NCBI GenBank assembly: GCA_964594455.1
Contig: CAZQLY010000003.1
Coordinates: 37,360 to 101,359 of the forward strand
Direction: 5' to 3'
Source of the DNA: an uncultured Gammaproteobacteria bacterium
GTDB taxonomy: Bacteria > Patescibacteriota > Patescibacteriia > JAHIZJ01
Length of the DNA: 64,000 bases
Below are positions 9,769 to 19,841 of the stretch, in pieces. Positions within the stretch are counted from its first letter, which is position 1. The number at the start of each line of letters is the position of its first letter. The position numbers and the translations under genes are program-made. The notes beneath the pieces were generated by a model that saw nothing but the letters and a program-made list of their open reading frames with translations, ran no database searches and was not told the origin of the DNA.

Positions 9769-10383
9769 CTAGCCTTCGGGGTAGCCCTGGAAGACGACCT
9801 GCGACTCGAGCAGCCGAGTCTCAAACGTCTCAGTGTCAACTTCGACGACGTACTCGACAATCCCGGCCAAGCCGAGACGGTGAGTGATGCTGGGATCCAG
9901 CACAGCCGTCTCGCTGCAGGGCGAATGGCTACTGACCAGGACATCGAGTCCGGTCTCGTCGTACTGGGAAGCCAGGATGCAGACCCACTTGAAAAGGCAC
10001 TCGCGGAAGCGAGCGGACATCTGCCGCGTCGGCGGATGGACAGCGAACCAGAGACCCATGGTCTCAGGAGTGCCGGCGGCCACGATAGCCTGGATGCGCT
10101 TGAGAGCTTCAATCATCGGAGCGTCCGGATTCTCAGCGTAGAGATAGCCGAACCCCGGATCCTTCCTGGTCGTGAGGCTCTTGAGGCCCAGGGCCTGCAG
10201 AGCAGTGCGGTTGGTCTGGAATGCCCGGTACATGTCCGAACAAAGACCGAGTACGAACTCAATACCAGCGAAATAGCGGCGTGAGGATTCAGCGACTTGC
10301 TTCTCGCCCCTGGGCGTCAACTCGTCACCATCCTTCTCGCCATGCCGCTGCACCTTGAAACGAACAACCATTTTCTTCCCCAT
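9769..10383 (-). CDS. Histidine phosphatase (phosphoglycerate-mutase-like) family protein
   Basis: RHG motif, LTPRGEKQ, later VLVSSH; SD AGGAGG. Confidence 0.75.
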   Translation of the reverse strand: MGKKMVVRFKVQRHGEKDGDELTPRGEKQVAESSRRYFAGIEFVLGLCSDMYRAFQTNRTALQALGLKSLTTRKDPGFGYLYAENPDAPMIEALKRIQAIVAAGTPETMGLWFAVHPPTRQMSARFRECLFKWVCILASQYDETGLDVLVSSHSPCSETAVLDPSITHRLGLAGIVEYVVEVDTETFETRLLESQVVFQGYPEG

Positions 10384-10539
10384 CAGAAATCCCCTCCTGT
10401 TTCGGTCCTAGGTTATAGCCCAAGGGCGGTTAACTTCTCCCTTGTTTTCTCAAAAGAACCGTGTATATTAGCACAGTTTTGGGGCGTTGTCAAGGGGTAA
10501 ATAAAAAGACGAGATTGGCTTATCTCGTCAAAAATGGGC

Positions 10540-11052
10540 TTATGAATCCGGTTTTTCTTCGCCCCAACTGCGCGACCCGGAGCCACCGATTAGGCCGATA
10601 TACCAGGTATCGCTGTTGAAACCCAACTGGAGATCAGCTTCGGGTAGCGGGATTCGGGGCAGGAAACTGGGTAGGGTGTTGTTTAGCACCCGGAAAAGGC
10701 TGTACTGTATCCCGAAATCCAGTTCCGTACCAGACTCGTTCATGAATCTGAGACCCAGCCCTCCAAATACACTGAGCGACTTCATGACTGGTACGTAGCC
10801 GTAGCCACCGATCAGACCCTCGGTTTCGTCTGCCCAGGATCCAACCGAGACAAAAGGCCCGATCTGAGCCCGTGAAACGTTGAGTAAGTAGTGCAGCTGA
10901 CCCATAAGCAGCATGGCATCACTACCCTCTTCGTTCTCGGTAATTCCGACGTAGGCCCTGGCACCAAAGTTCTCCGGCGCCTTGGACCAAACCGAAGACG
11001 GAACAGCCAGCCAGATTGCTAGCACCACACCAATAACAAGCATCCTTTTCAT
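10540..11052 (-). CDS. Secreted hypothetical protein with beta-barrel-like pattern
   Basis: Signal peptide; alternating Gly/aromatic beta-strands; SD GGAGG. Confidence 0.55.
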   Translation of the reverse strand: MKRMLVIGVVLAIWLAVPSSVWSKAPENFGARAYVGITENEEGSDAMLLMGQLHYLLNVSRAQIGPFVSVGSWADETEGLIGGYGYVPVMKSLSVFGGLGLRFMNESGTELDFGIQYSLFRVLNNTLPSFLPRIPLPEADLQLGFNSDTWYIGLIGGSGSRSWGEEKPDS

Positions 11053-11182
11053 AGCCTGGAAACCTCCCTGCGGATGTGAATGGTTAAAGAACAGCTGATA
11101 ATCGTATCATATGATATCTTAAAGCGCAAAAGACTATTAGATTGTTGTAAAACCAGGCCTCAATATGATATAATGCCTTGGT

Positions 11183-12850
11183 ATGACCCCACGTAAAAAG
11201 GTTTGGATAACGTTTATTTTTATAGTGATTCTGGCTGGATTAGCCGGGATTGTTGACTATCCCAAAGGACCGGACATAAAGATTAATGATTATTCCAAAG
11301 AATTAAAGGTTCATTTGGGGCTTGATTTGCAGGGTGGGTCCCATTTGGTTTATGAGGCTGATGTCTCAAATATTCCTGAAGCTGACCGTTCTTCATCGTT
11401 GGATGGAGTACGTGATGTAATCGAAAGGCGGGTCAATGCTTTTGGAGTATCGGAACCAGTGGTTCAAACAAACAAAGTAGGAGATAGCTGGCGGGTAATA
11501 GTGGAGTTGGCCGGCGTTTTTGATATAAACGAAGCAATCAAGCAAATTGGTGAGACGCCGCTTTTGGAATTCCGAGAGCAGGCCGAACCTGAGCCTTATA
11601 CCGAAGAGCAATTAGCTGCCATTCGTGCTTTGAACGAAGAAGCCAAGAATAAAGCTCAAGGAATACTTGAGCAAGCATTGCAGCCTGATGCTGATTTTGC
11701 CGCCTTAGCCCAGGAGAATTCAGAAGATACCGGTAGCGCCGAAAACGGCGGTGACTTAGACTTCTTTCCCCGAGGAGTAATGATAACAGAATTTGAAAAT
11801 GTCGTGTTTGATGAGATGCAAGTGGGCGAAGTATATCCGGAATTAGTCCAGACAGATTTTGGATATCATATTATTAAAAAAACAGACGAACGTGAAACAG
11901 GCGAAGGTGATGGCAAGTTGTTGGAAGCCCGGGCGAGCCACATATTAATCCGAACTCAGTCTGAAGAACCTACGGCCTCCACGCAGTTTGTGAATACTGA
12001 TTTGTCAGGCAAGCAGTTAACGCGAGCCGATGTCCAATTTGATCCCAATACTGGAGCTCCAGAAGTAACCCTGAAATTTGATGATGAGGGCAAGAATTTG
12101 TTTGCTGAAATTACCAAGAAAAATGTTGGAAAAATAGTAGCCATTTATCTTGACGGTACGCCTATCAGTCAGCCGGTGGTTCAGGATGAAATAACGTCTG
12201 GTGAAGCAGTTATTTCAGGATCCTTTACCTTGGAAGAGGCTAAAACCCTTGCCCAGCGTTTGAACTCCGGTGCCCTACCAGTACCCATTACCTTAATAAA
12301 CCAGCAGAATGTCGGTGCATCATTGGGTAAAGTTTCCGTAGAGAAGAGTTTATTTGCGGGCTTAATCGGGTTATTCTTTGTGGCTATATTTATGATCGTT
12401 TATTATCGTTTGCCTGGTATTTTGTCGGTTGTTGCCTTGGCAATGTATGCCTTGGTAGTATTAGCAATTTTCAAAATTTGGCCGATTACTTTAACCCTGG
12501 CGGGCGTGGCAGGATTTATCTTGTCAGTGGGAATGGCAGTTGATGCTAACGTCCTTATTTTTGAAAGGATCAAAGAGGAATTAGCCCTGGGCAAGCCTCT
12601 GGGCAGCGCTATTGAAGAAGGGTTTAAACGGGCTTGGCTTTCGATTCGCGATTCCAATGTTTCCAGTTTGATAACTTGCTTTATTCTGATGTGGTTCGGT
12701 AGCAGCTTGATCAAGGGCTTTGCTGTTACTTTAGGCCTCGGTATTATCGTCAGTATGTTTTCAGCAATTACTATAACCCGAACTTTCCTGAGGCTGATAG
12801 CCAGTGAATGGCTAGCTAAGCATTTAGGCTGGATGGGAGTAAAAAGATAA
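11183..12850 (+). CDS. secD: Protein translocase subunit SecD with inserted parvulin PPIase domain
   Basis: LGLDLQGG, RRVNAFGVSEP, GMAVDANVLIFERIKEE; insert has GGDLDFF and FGYHII. Confidence 0.95.
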   Translation: MTPRKKVWITFIFIVILAGLAGIVDYPKGPDIKINDYSKELKVHLGLDLQGGSHLVYEADVSNIPEADRSSSLDGVRDVIERRVNAFGVSEPVVQTNKVGDSWRVIVELAGVFDINEAIKQIGETPLLEFREQAEPEPYTEEQLAAIRALNEEAKNKAQGILEQALQPDADFAALAQENSEDTGSAENGGDLDFFPRGVMITEFENVVFDEMQVGEVYPELVQTDFGYHIIKKTDERETGEGDGKLLEARASHILIRTQSEEPTASTQFVNTDLSGKQLTRADVQFDPNTGAPEVTLKFDDEGKNLFAEITKKNVGKIVAIYLDGTPISQPVVQDEITSGEAVISGSFTLEEAKTLAQRLNSGALPVPITLINQQNVGASLGKVSVEKSLFAGLIGLFFVAIFMIVYYRLPGILSVVALAMYALVVLAIFKIWPITLTLAGVAGFILSVGMAVDANVLIFERIKEELALGKPLGSAIEEGFKRAWLSIRDSNVSSLITCFILMWFGSSLIKGFAVTLGLGIIVSMFSAITITRTFLRLIASEWLAKHLGWMGVKR

Positions 12851-13743
12851 TGTATAGAATAATCCAAAGAAGAAATATCTGGTTTATCCTGTCGGCCCTG
12901 GTCGTCATCCCGAGCATTGTGTTTATTATTATGGGTGGATTGAAGTTAAATATTGATTTTACTGGTGGCACTCTTTGGAAAATTAAATTTACCGAGGAAC
13001 GTCCTGTCATCCAAGATTTAGAAGGGGAATTAGAACAATACGATCTGGGAGATTTGACGGTTCAGACAACAAACGACATGGGTATGGTGATTAGGTTGAA
13101 ACCTATTGATAACGAATTAAGGCAAAATATTCTCAGCGGTCTGGATGAAACTTATTCAGGCGTTGAAGAGGAAAGCTTTGAGTCAATCGGGCCAACTATT
13201 GGCGAAGAGCTTAAACGTAAGGCCCTGGTGGCGATTATCCTAGTTTTAATTTTCATCATCTTATATATCACTTGGGCATTTAGAAAGATATCAAAATCTT
13301 CAGCTATTCCCAGCTGGATGATGGGGCTCTCAGCTATTATTGCTTTAGCCCATGATATAATCATCGTTGTAGGAGTTTTCGCTTTCCTGGGTTTTACCCA
13401 GGATGTTGAAATCGGCGCGCTGTTTGTAACCGCCTTACTGACAATTTTAGGGTTTTCCGTACATGACACAATCGTTGTGTTTGATAGAGTAAGAGAAAAT
13501 ATTATCCAAGGCTCAGATAACGATTTTGAACAAACCATAAATCGTAGTGTCAATCAGACAATTATTCGATCGCTCAATACTTCGCTTACTACGCTGTTCG
13601 TATTGTTGGCGTTGTATCTGTTTGGTGGCGAGTCAATCAAGATGTTTGTTTTGGCGATGATATTTGGTATTATCACAGGAACATATTCATCGATATTTGT
13701 AGCCAGTCCGTTATTAGTCGTTTGGCGTAAATTGAAACAATAG
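12850..13743 (+). CDS. secF: Protein translocase subunit SecF
   Basis: IDFTGG, GFSVHDTIVVFDRVRE, GTYSSIFVA. Confidence 0.95.
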   Translation: MYRIIQRRNIWFILSALVVIPSIVFIIMGGLKLNIDFTGGTLWKIKFTEERPVIQDLEGELEQYDLGDLTVQTTNDMGMVIRLKPIDNELRQNILSGLDETYSGVEEESFESIGPTIGEELKRKALVAIILVLIFIILYITWAFRKISKSSAIPSWMMGLSAIIALAHDIIIVVGVFAFLGFTQDVEIGALFVTALLTILGFSVHDTIVVFDRVRENIIQGSDNDFEQTINRSVNQTIIRSLNTSLTTLFVLLALYLFGGESIKMFVLAMIFGIITGTYSSIFVASPLLVVWRKLKQ

Positions 13744-13795
13744 TAGGCGATTGAAAATTTGCCAAATGGGCTGTTTTTTTATTTAATAAAAAGGC

Positions 13796-13824
13796 TTGAC
13801 ACAAGCAGTTAGATATGCTATACT
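13796..13824 (+). promoter_or_regulatory. Sigma70-type promoter
   Basis: TTGACA-17 nt-TATACT. Confidence 0.75.
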
Positions 13825-13925
13825 AAAGGCATACAATGGATTAGAATTGACGAGAGCTCGAATATATAGTAATGTATTCGGTTCGGACGATTTCGGACGT
13901 TTTTATTAATTTAATGGATGAATCG

Positions 13926-15071
13926 ATGGAGGAATCAATCCTCGACAAGGTAATTTCCAGTAAACAAAGCCAAGAACTTCGGGATTTTAATCCCCCCGAG
14001 GTTGTTGGATCTTTGCTAAAACAGCTGACAGATAAAGAGGAAGACATTTTGCGCCGACGCTACGGCCTAGATGGTAAATCTAAGCAAACCTTAGAGGAAA
14101 TAGGTAAGCATTATAATTTGACTCGTGAGCGAATCAGGCAGATAGAGAGCGGAGCTATCAAGCGAATCAAGAAACTCAAGAATTTCACTGAGTTAATTGA
14201 GCCGATTGAATATACGATAAAATCAGTGCTGGATCAAAACGGAGGGGCTTTGTCAAAAGAAAAGTTAATGGAATTACTATTTGAGTTTTCTAATGATACT
14301 CCGGCTAGTCGCCAATCAGTTGCTTTCATTATATCCAAGCTTTTGAATGATCAATTTACTAGCCAGTCGGGCACAGACCAATATCGGTCTGCCTGGATAC
14401 TGCCCTCAACATCGATGGAAAGCATTCAGACTATACTTCAGCACATTATTGATATTATACAAGAAAAGGGTCAGCCGACAACAGAAAAAGAATTAACCCA
14501 GCTCTATAAATCAAAGTATCAATCAGATACTGAGTCGATAGATGAGAGTGCGCTGATGGGCTATATAACTCTTTGCCAGAAGATCAGTCAAAATCCTTTT
14601 GGTGATTATGGTTTGACTGAGTGGGGTACAATAGTGCCGCGGCGAATGAATGACAAGATATATCTAGTGTTGAAAAAAGAAGGTAAGCCCATGCACTTTA
14701 CTAAAATTGCCGAACGGATAAATAAAATTCATTTTGATAACCGCAAAGCCTATCCGCCCACGGTTCACAATGAGCTAATACTTAACGACCGATATGTTTT
14801 AGTCGGCCGAGGAATCTATGCTCTGAAAGAGTGGGGATATAAATCAGGTGTGGTGGCGGATGTGATCATAGAGTTATTGAAAAAAAACGGGCGACCCCTG
14901 AGCCGAGATGAGATTGTAAAGGGCGTTCTGGATCAGAGGATAGTAAAGAAGAACACAATACATTTGGCCTTGACTGATCAAAATATATTTAAGAAGCAAT
15001 CAAACGGTAAATACGCTCTGGTAAATGATGGGCAATCAGATCAGCCCGAGACGGCAAAAACAAACATCTAA
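13926..15071 (+). CDS. Sigma70 region-4 HTH protein with C-terminal winged-helix (RpoE/HARE-HTH-like) repeats; start could be 13872, 13914 or 13926
   Basis: RRYGL..TLEEIG..YNLTRERIRQIE; VHNELI..RYVLVGRGIYAL.EW. Confidence 0.75.
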   Translation: MEESILDKVISSKQSQELRDFNPPEVVGSLLKQLTDKEEDILRRRYGLDGKSKQTLEEIGKHYNLTRERIRQIESGAIKRIKKLKNFTELIEPIEYTIKSVLDQNGGALSKEKLMELLFEFSNDTPASRQSVAFIISKLLNDQFTSQSGTDQYRSAWILPSTSMESIQTILQHIIDIIQEKGQPTTEKELTQLYKSKYQSDTESIDESALMGYITLCQKISQNPFGDYGLTEWGTIVPRRMNDKIYLVLKKEGKPMHFTKIAERINKIHFDNRKAYPPTVHNELILNDRYVLVGRGIYALKEWGYKSGVVADVIIELLKKNGRPLSRDEIVKGVLDQRIVKKNTIHLALTDQNIFKKQSNGKYALVNDGQSDQPETAKTNI

Positions 15072-15092
15072 ACAACAAATAAAAATTAGAAC

Positions 15093-16556
15093 ATGCCAAT
15101 TGTTATTGATATAACTGGACTTTCTGTCTCAGGGCCGTTTATGCCATTTATTCAACTTTGGCGTTTTTTTGTAGATGGAGGCTGGATAGTTGTTGTAGCT
15201 TCGTTTTTGCTTATACTTTGGGAGTACCGAATGCTGCGTTTGAAGAAAAGGTATATAGATTCTACTAAATTTATTTTGTTGGCTATTGATGTACCGCGTG
15301 AAGTAGAGCCAAACTTAAAAGCTATTGAGCATATTTATTCTCAGTTTGCGGGAATTTACAGTACCCCCAACTTTATTGAAAAGTATGTTAAAGGACAGGT
15401 ACAGTTATACATTAGCTTAGAGCTTGTTAGTATTGGTGGCTATATTCAATTTATTATACGTACCCCGGAAAAATATCGAGATTTAGTGGAGTCGGCTTTT
15501 TATGCTCAATATCCGGAAGCTGAAATAACAGAGGTCGAAGACTATACTAAAGATATACCGAATAAATTTCCAAATGATAAATACGAACTCCTAGGTTCTG
15601 GAATCTCGTTTAATAAACCAAACCCTTATCCAATAAAAACTTACGTGGCGTTTGAACACAGCCTGTCTCAGCAGTTAGCTGATCCGATGGCTGGACTTTT
15701 GGAGATATTAAGTAAGCTGAAACAGGGTGAGCAAATGTGGATTCAAATGGTTATCAGGCCAAAAGGCAAAGAAGAATGGGTGAACGAAGCCAAACAGATT
15801 GTAAATAAGATTATTGGAGAAAAGAAAGATGCCAAACCGATGTTTGGTGCTGTTGGGGCCATTACTAAAGGCACCTATGAGACAGTCACTGCTTCATTGT
15901 TTGAACCTGCGGCTGAAGAAAAAGCCCAGCCTAACCAGCCAAAAAATTGGATGATGCAGTTAACTCCGGGCGAAAAGGCAACTGTGGAAGCTATCCAGAT
16001 GAAGGTGGCAAAAAAAGCCTACGAAACAAAATTTCGCTATGTTTACGTGGCTGAGAAAGAACTAGTCAACAAAGGATTAGGTATCAATGCTTTTTTTGGG
16101 GCACTCAATCAATTTACAGCCATTGATTTAAACAGCTTCAGGCCTGACAGTCGAACGTTTACTAAAACTAACTATATCTTATTCAAGAAAATGCGCTTTA
16201 GTTTAAAACAGAGACAGTTGATCAAAAACTATAAAGATAGACAACCTGGCAAAGGGATAGTCCTAAACACTGAAGAGTTAGCGAGTGTATTTCATTTCCC
16301 AACCCTGACAGTTAAAGCTCCTCTGGTTAGGAAAATAGATAGTAAGAGAGGAGAACCGCCTACCAGCTTACCTATTGAAGGCGTCGATAATCCAATTAAG
16401 CCCGTAAATAGAGTACCCCAGATTGTTCCCGAGGCTCCGGCTAAACCATCTGTTCCGCCAGCTGGGACCAAACCTGCTTCACGTTCCGCTCAGCCTGAAA
16501 CAAAAGAACCTCCTACTATAAAAAAACAAGCCCCACCCAACTTACCTTTTGAATAA
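15093..16556 (+). CDS. Membrane-anchored hypothetical protein, partner of the VirD4-like ATPase
   Basis: N-terminal TM; YAQYPEAEI and LNTEELASVFHFP motifs; Pro-rich tail. Confidence 0.6.
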   Translation: MPIVIDITGLSVSGPFMPFIQLWRFFVDGGWIVVVASFLLILWEYRMLRLKKRYIDSTKFILLAIDVPREVEPNLKAIEHIYSQFAGIYSTPNFIEKYVKGQVQLYISLELVSIGGYIQFIIRTPEKYRDLVESAFYAQYPEAEITEVEDYTKDIPNKFPNDKYELLGSGISFNKPNPYPIKTYVAFEHSLSQQLADPMAGLLEILSKLKQGEQMWIQMVIRPKGKEEWVNEAKQIVNKIIGEKKDAKPMFGAVGAITKGTYETVTASLFEPAAEEKAQPNQPKNWMMQLTPGEKATVEAIQMKVAKKAYETKFRYVYVAEKELVNKGLGINAFFGALNQFTAIDLNSFRPDSRTFTKTNYILFKKMRFSLKQRQLIKNYKDRQPGKGIVLNTEELASVFHFPTLTVKAPLVRKIDSKRGEPPTSLPIEGVDNPIKPVNRVPQIVPEAPAKPSVPPAGTKPASRSAQPETKEPPTIKKQAPPNLPFE

Positions 16557-16557
16557 T

Positions 16558-18201
16558 ATGCCAGACAAAGACAAAAAAGACGACATAACTATATTTGCTG
16601 AAACAAATTTCCGCAATCAGCAAAGACGTTTTGGTATCAAGCTGGATGATCGTCGGAGACACATGTATGTAATTGGTAAAACCGGTATGGGTAAGACAAC
16701 TTTGCTGGAAAATATGATCATTGATGATATCCGCGCCGGACACGGTTTGGCCGTGGTTGATCCTCACGGTGATCTAGTTGAGGAAATAGTTGATTATATT
16801 CCGTCATGGCGTATTAATGACGTAGTGTATTTTAATCCGTCTGACATTGATCACCCGATTGCATTTAACGTGCTAGAAGCGGTAAATCCGATGCACCGCC
16901 ATTTGGTAGCCTCTGGCTTAGTTGGGGTGTTTAAAAAGATATGGGCTGATTCCTGGGGCCCTAGATTGGAATATGTTTTGCGCAATACCGTACTCTCTTT
17001 GCTAGAATATCCAGGTTCTACCCTATTAGGCATTACCCGTCTTTTAGTAGATAATTCTTATAGAAAAAAGGTTGTAGATAAATTAAATGATCCGATTCTA
17101 AAAGCATTTTGGTTGGGTGAATACGCGGCCTATAGCAACCAGTTTAGAACTGAAGCTATTTCACCTATTCAGAATAAAGTAGGGCAGTTTTTGTCCAGTT
17201 CTGTTATTAGAAATATAGTGGGTCAGACAAAGAGCTCAATCGACATGAGAGAGGTCATGGATTCGGGTAAAATATTGTTACTAAATCTATCAAAAGGTCG
17301 AATCGGTGAGGATAATTCAGCGCTCCTAGGGGCCATGATGATCACTAAACTGCAGCTAGCCGCTATGAGTCGGGTGGATATTCCAGAAAATCAGAGAAAA
17401 GACTTCTTTCTTTACGTAGACGAGTTTCAAAATTTTGCGACAGAAAGTTTTGCCAACATTTTATCTGAAGCCAGAAAATATCGCCTTAGCCTGATCGTTG
17501 CTCATCAATATATTGAACAGCTGGATGAGACAGTTCGAGCGGCGGTATTTGGAAACGTTGGCACTATAGCTAGTTTCAGGGTAGGCGCAGCTGACGCTGA
17601 GTTCCTGGAAAAAGAATTTGAGCCAGTCTTTATGCAAAACGATATAGTAAACCTGACAAAGTTTGAAATGTATATGAAGCTTATGATAGATGGGGTGGCT
17701 TCTGAACCGTTTTCCGCTAAAGGTTTGATGCCTCTTACTTCAGGGAAAGCTGAGGGTAACAGAGAGAAAATTATTGACGTATCTCGGGAGAGATATGCTA
17801 CTCCCAGAGAGGTTGTTGAAGACAAAATATCCCGATGGAGCAGCGTAGAGGAGGCAGCCAAAAAAGAAGCTCAGGGCGGCGGCAACAATTTTAATGGTTT
17901 TCAAAGGCGAGATAATAACAATAGAGGAAGATCAAACAATAAAAGAAGAAACGATCGGCGGGGGCCCAAGGTTAATTTACAGTCGGTTCTAACGGATGAA
18001 AAGTCCCAGGTTGTTAAGGAAACGCCTGAAGCACCGGCCGAGATTAGTTTAAAAGAAGCTTTATCACGTGAGCCGGAAGAATTTAGCAGAAAACATCGCA
18101 AACAAAAAAATTTCAATTCACGCAGAGATAATCATAATAATAGATCTGGTAATAACTCATCACGCCACCATATTGATCCGAGCCAAGTGGTTAAGCTATA
18201 A
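16558..18201 (+). CDS. VirD4/TraD/TrwB-like (HerA-FtsK superfamily) ATPase
   Basis: Walker A GKTGMGKT, DPHGD, Walker B LYVDEFQN, EARKY. Confidence 0.85.
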   Translation: MPDKDKKDDITIFAETNFRNQQRRFGIKLDDRRRHMYVIGKTGMGKTTLLENMIIDDIRAGHGLAVVDPHGDLVEEIVDYIPSWRINDVVYFNPSDIDHPIAFNVLEAVNPMHRHLVASGLVGVFKKIWADSWGPRLEYVLRNTVLSLLEYPGSTLLGITRLLVDNSYRKKVVDKLNDPILKAFWLGEYAAYSNQFRTEAISPIQNKVGQFLSSSVIRNIVGQTKSSIDMREVMDSGKILLLNLSKGRIGEDNSALLGAMMITKLQLAAMSRVDIPENQRKDFFLYVDEFQNFATESFANILSEARKYRLSLIVAHQYIEQLDETVRAAVFGNVGTIASFRVGAADAEFLEKEFEPVFMQNDIVNLTKFEMYMKLMIDGVASEPFSAKGLMPLTSGKAEGNREKIIDVSRERYATPREVVEDKISRWSSVEEAAKKEAQGGGNNFNGFQRRDNNNRGRSNNKRRNDRRGPKVNLQSVLTDEKSQVVKETPEAPAEISLKEALSREPEEFSRKHRKQKNFNSRRDNHNNRSGNNSSRHHIDPSQVVKL

Positions 18202-18209
18202 ATAGACCC

Positions 18210-18749
18210 ATGCTAAAAAAGTTTATCTGGTGCAGCTGTATTTTTATAAGTGTCGTTTTACCTCGAGCCGTGCAATCAGAAAACGCGGTTGAGGTTTATT
18301 ATTTTTTTGATGATGCTTGTTATGCCTGTCAGAGCATGACTGACGCTATCACCTCTCTGGATTCCAAATATGAAACCTTGTCTGTTCAATCAATAAACGC
18401 TGGGGCCGATGAGAGAAGACAAGTTATCTTTAGTGACTTCATGGAGTTGTATCAAGTATATAATTATTCTGTTCCCACTATTATTGTAGGCAATGATGTT
18501 TATTCTGGGTATAGCACCTCAATTGTTAGCGGCATAGAACAGTCAATACTATATTGTCTTAATAATTCTTGTCCATCGCCTCGTTTATTGCTCAAAGACT
18601 ACTATAATTCCCTGGATCAAGCAGAACAATCAGGCAGTCCTAATTCAATTTTGTTTTGGTCGATATTCTTATTTCTCTGGCCGTTACTGGGGATCGCAGG
18701 AATTGTATATGTATTAAAGAAATATAAGCCCAAGAAAAGGATATTATAA
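18210..18749 (+). CDS. Exported thioredoxin/glutaredoxin-fold protein with C-terminal TM
   Basis: Signal peptide, CYAC, VPTIIVG, C-terminal hydrophobic helix. Confidence 0.7.
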   Translation: MLKKFIWCSCIFISVVLPRAVQSENAVEVYYFFDDACYACQSMTDAITSLDSKYETLSVQSINAGADERRQVIFSDFMELYQVYNYSVPTIIVGNDVYSGYSTSIVSGIEQSILYCLNNSCPSPRLLLKDYYNSLDQAEQSGSPNSILFWSIFLFLWPLLGIAGIVYVLKKYKPKKRIL

Positions 18750-18988
18750 TTATTACAGATTGGGCAGGATGATATGATATGTTAACAGTCGGATAGGCTG
18801 TTTTTGTTTTGTTAAGTTTTTTAGCGCAACAGATGTTTGGATGTGGCTTACAGTATAAAGAAGCTGGCTAACCGAGTCAGATAGAATTCAGCAAATTATT
18901 TATACTTGTTTGACAAATTAGTAACAATCTATTATTATAAAGGACATTGTGTATTAGATAATTAATCCTTAAAAAGGAGACATCATAA

Positions 18989-19777
18989 ATGTCAGAAAAC
19001 GAACGCGAGACAGAAACGTCTCAGGGGGAAAAGGGATTTTTTGCCAGTCTTTCACCAAAATCAAGCTTTATGGTCGGATTGGTAGGTGGAATAATGTTTT
19101 TATGTACAGTTGGTTTTTTTGTACTGCTAACTGTCTATATCCAAGGGGGAATGGATAATAAAGATAGCGACTCAAAGGTGGCTGGTGTTGACACTACAGC
19201 CAATGCCAATGCAAATACTAATGTTAATAGCGCCGATGCCTATGTTCCGGCCTATGTCGATTTTGATATAACAGACGATGATTATATCCGAGGTAATCCG
19301 GATGCTGAAATAACATTATTGGAATATTCAGATATTGAATGCCCTTACTGCTCTCGTTTCCATGAATCAGCCATGCAGTTACTAGAAGCATACCCAGATG
19401 ATGTCCGCTGGGTCTATCGTCATTTTCCGCTTGATTCACTTCACCCAGAGGCCAGACCAGCTGGGCTGGCTGCTGAATGCGCTGCCGAGCAAAGCGGCAA
19501 TGACGGATTTTGGACATATCTGGATGCCTTGTTTGAAAATCAAGATGATTTAGGCGATGAGCTATTCGAGCAGTTGGCTAGCGAACAAGGCCTAGATGTT
19601 GCAACTTTTACCAGTTGTTATGAAAGCGAGAAATATGCCAGTGCTGTAGAATCGGATTATCAGACCGGGCTACAAGAAGGTATCACCGGAACACCCGGTA
19701 GCTATCTCAATGGCACTGAATTAGGTGGGGCAGTTCCTTACGCCCAACTTGAAGCAGCTGTTGAATCAATACTCTAA
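18989..19777 (+). CDS. dsbA: DsbA family thiol-disulfide oxidoreductase
   Basis: EYSDIECPYC, YRHFPL, GITGTP; N-terminal TM; upstream TTGACA-17-TATTAT. Confidence 0.85.
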   Translation: MSENERETETSQGEKGFFASLSPKSSFMVGLVGGIMFLCTVGFFVLLTVYIQGGMDNKDSDSKVAGVDTTANANANTNVNSADAYVPAYVDFDITDDDYIRGNPDAEITLLEYSDIECPYCSRFHESAMQLLEAYPDDVRWVYRHFPLDSLHPEARPAGLAAECAAEQSGNDGFWTYLDALFENQDDLGDELFEQLASEQGLDVATFTSCYESEKYASAVESDYQTGLQEGITGTPGSYLNGTELGGAVPYAQLEAAVESIL

Positions 19778-19841
19778 AGTTAGATAGATAATAAGTTATT
19801 TAAATTACTGGTTTGAGTTGCTTTTGGTTTTGTAATAGCTT

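Noticed and set aside
9627-10284. ORFs 9682..10284(+), 9627..10112(-) and 9884..10141(+)
   Set aside because: Shadow frames of the GC-rich histidine phosphatase, which has the motif, SD and terminator
15093-18201. Conjugative element/ICE
   Set aside because: No relaxase, VirB4, integrase or att repeats; flanked by housekeeping genes
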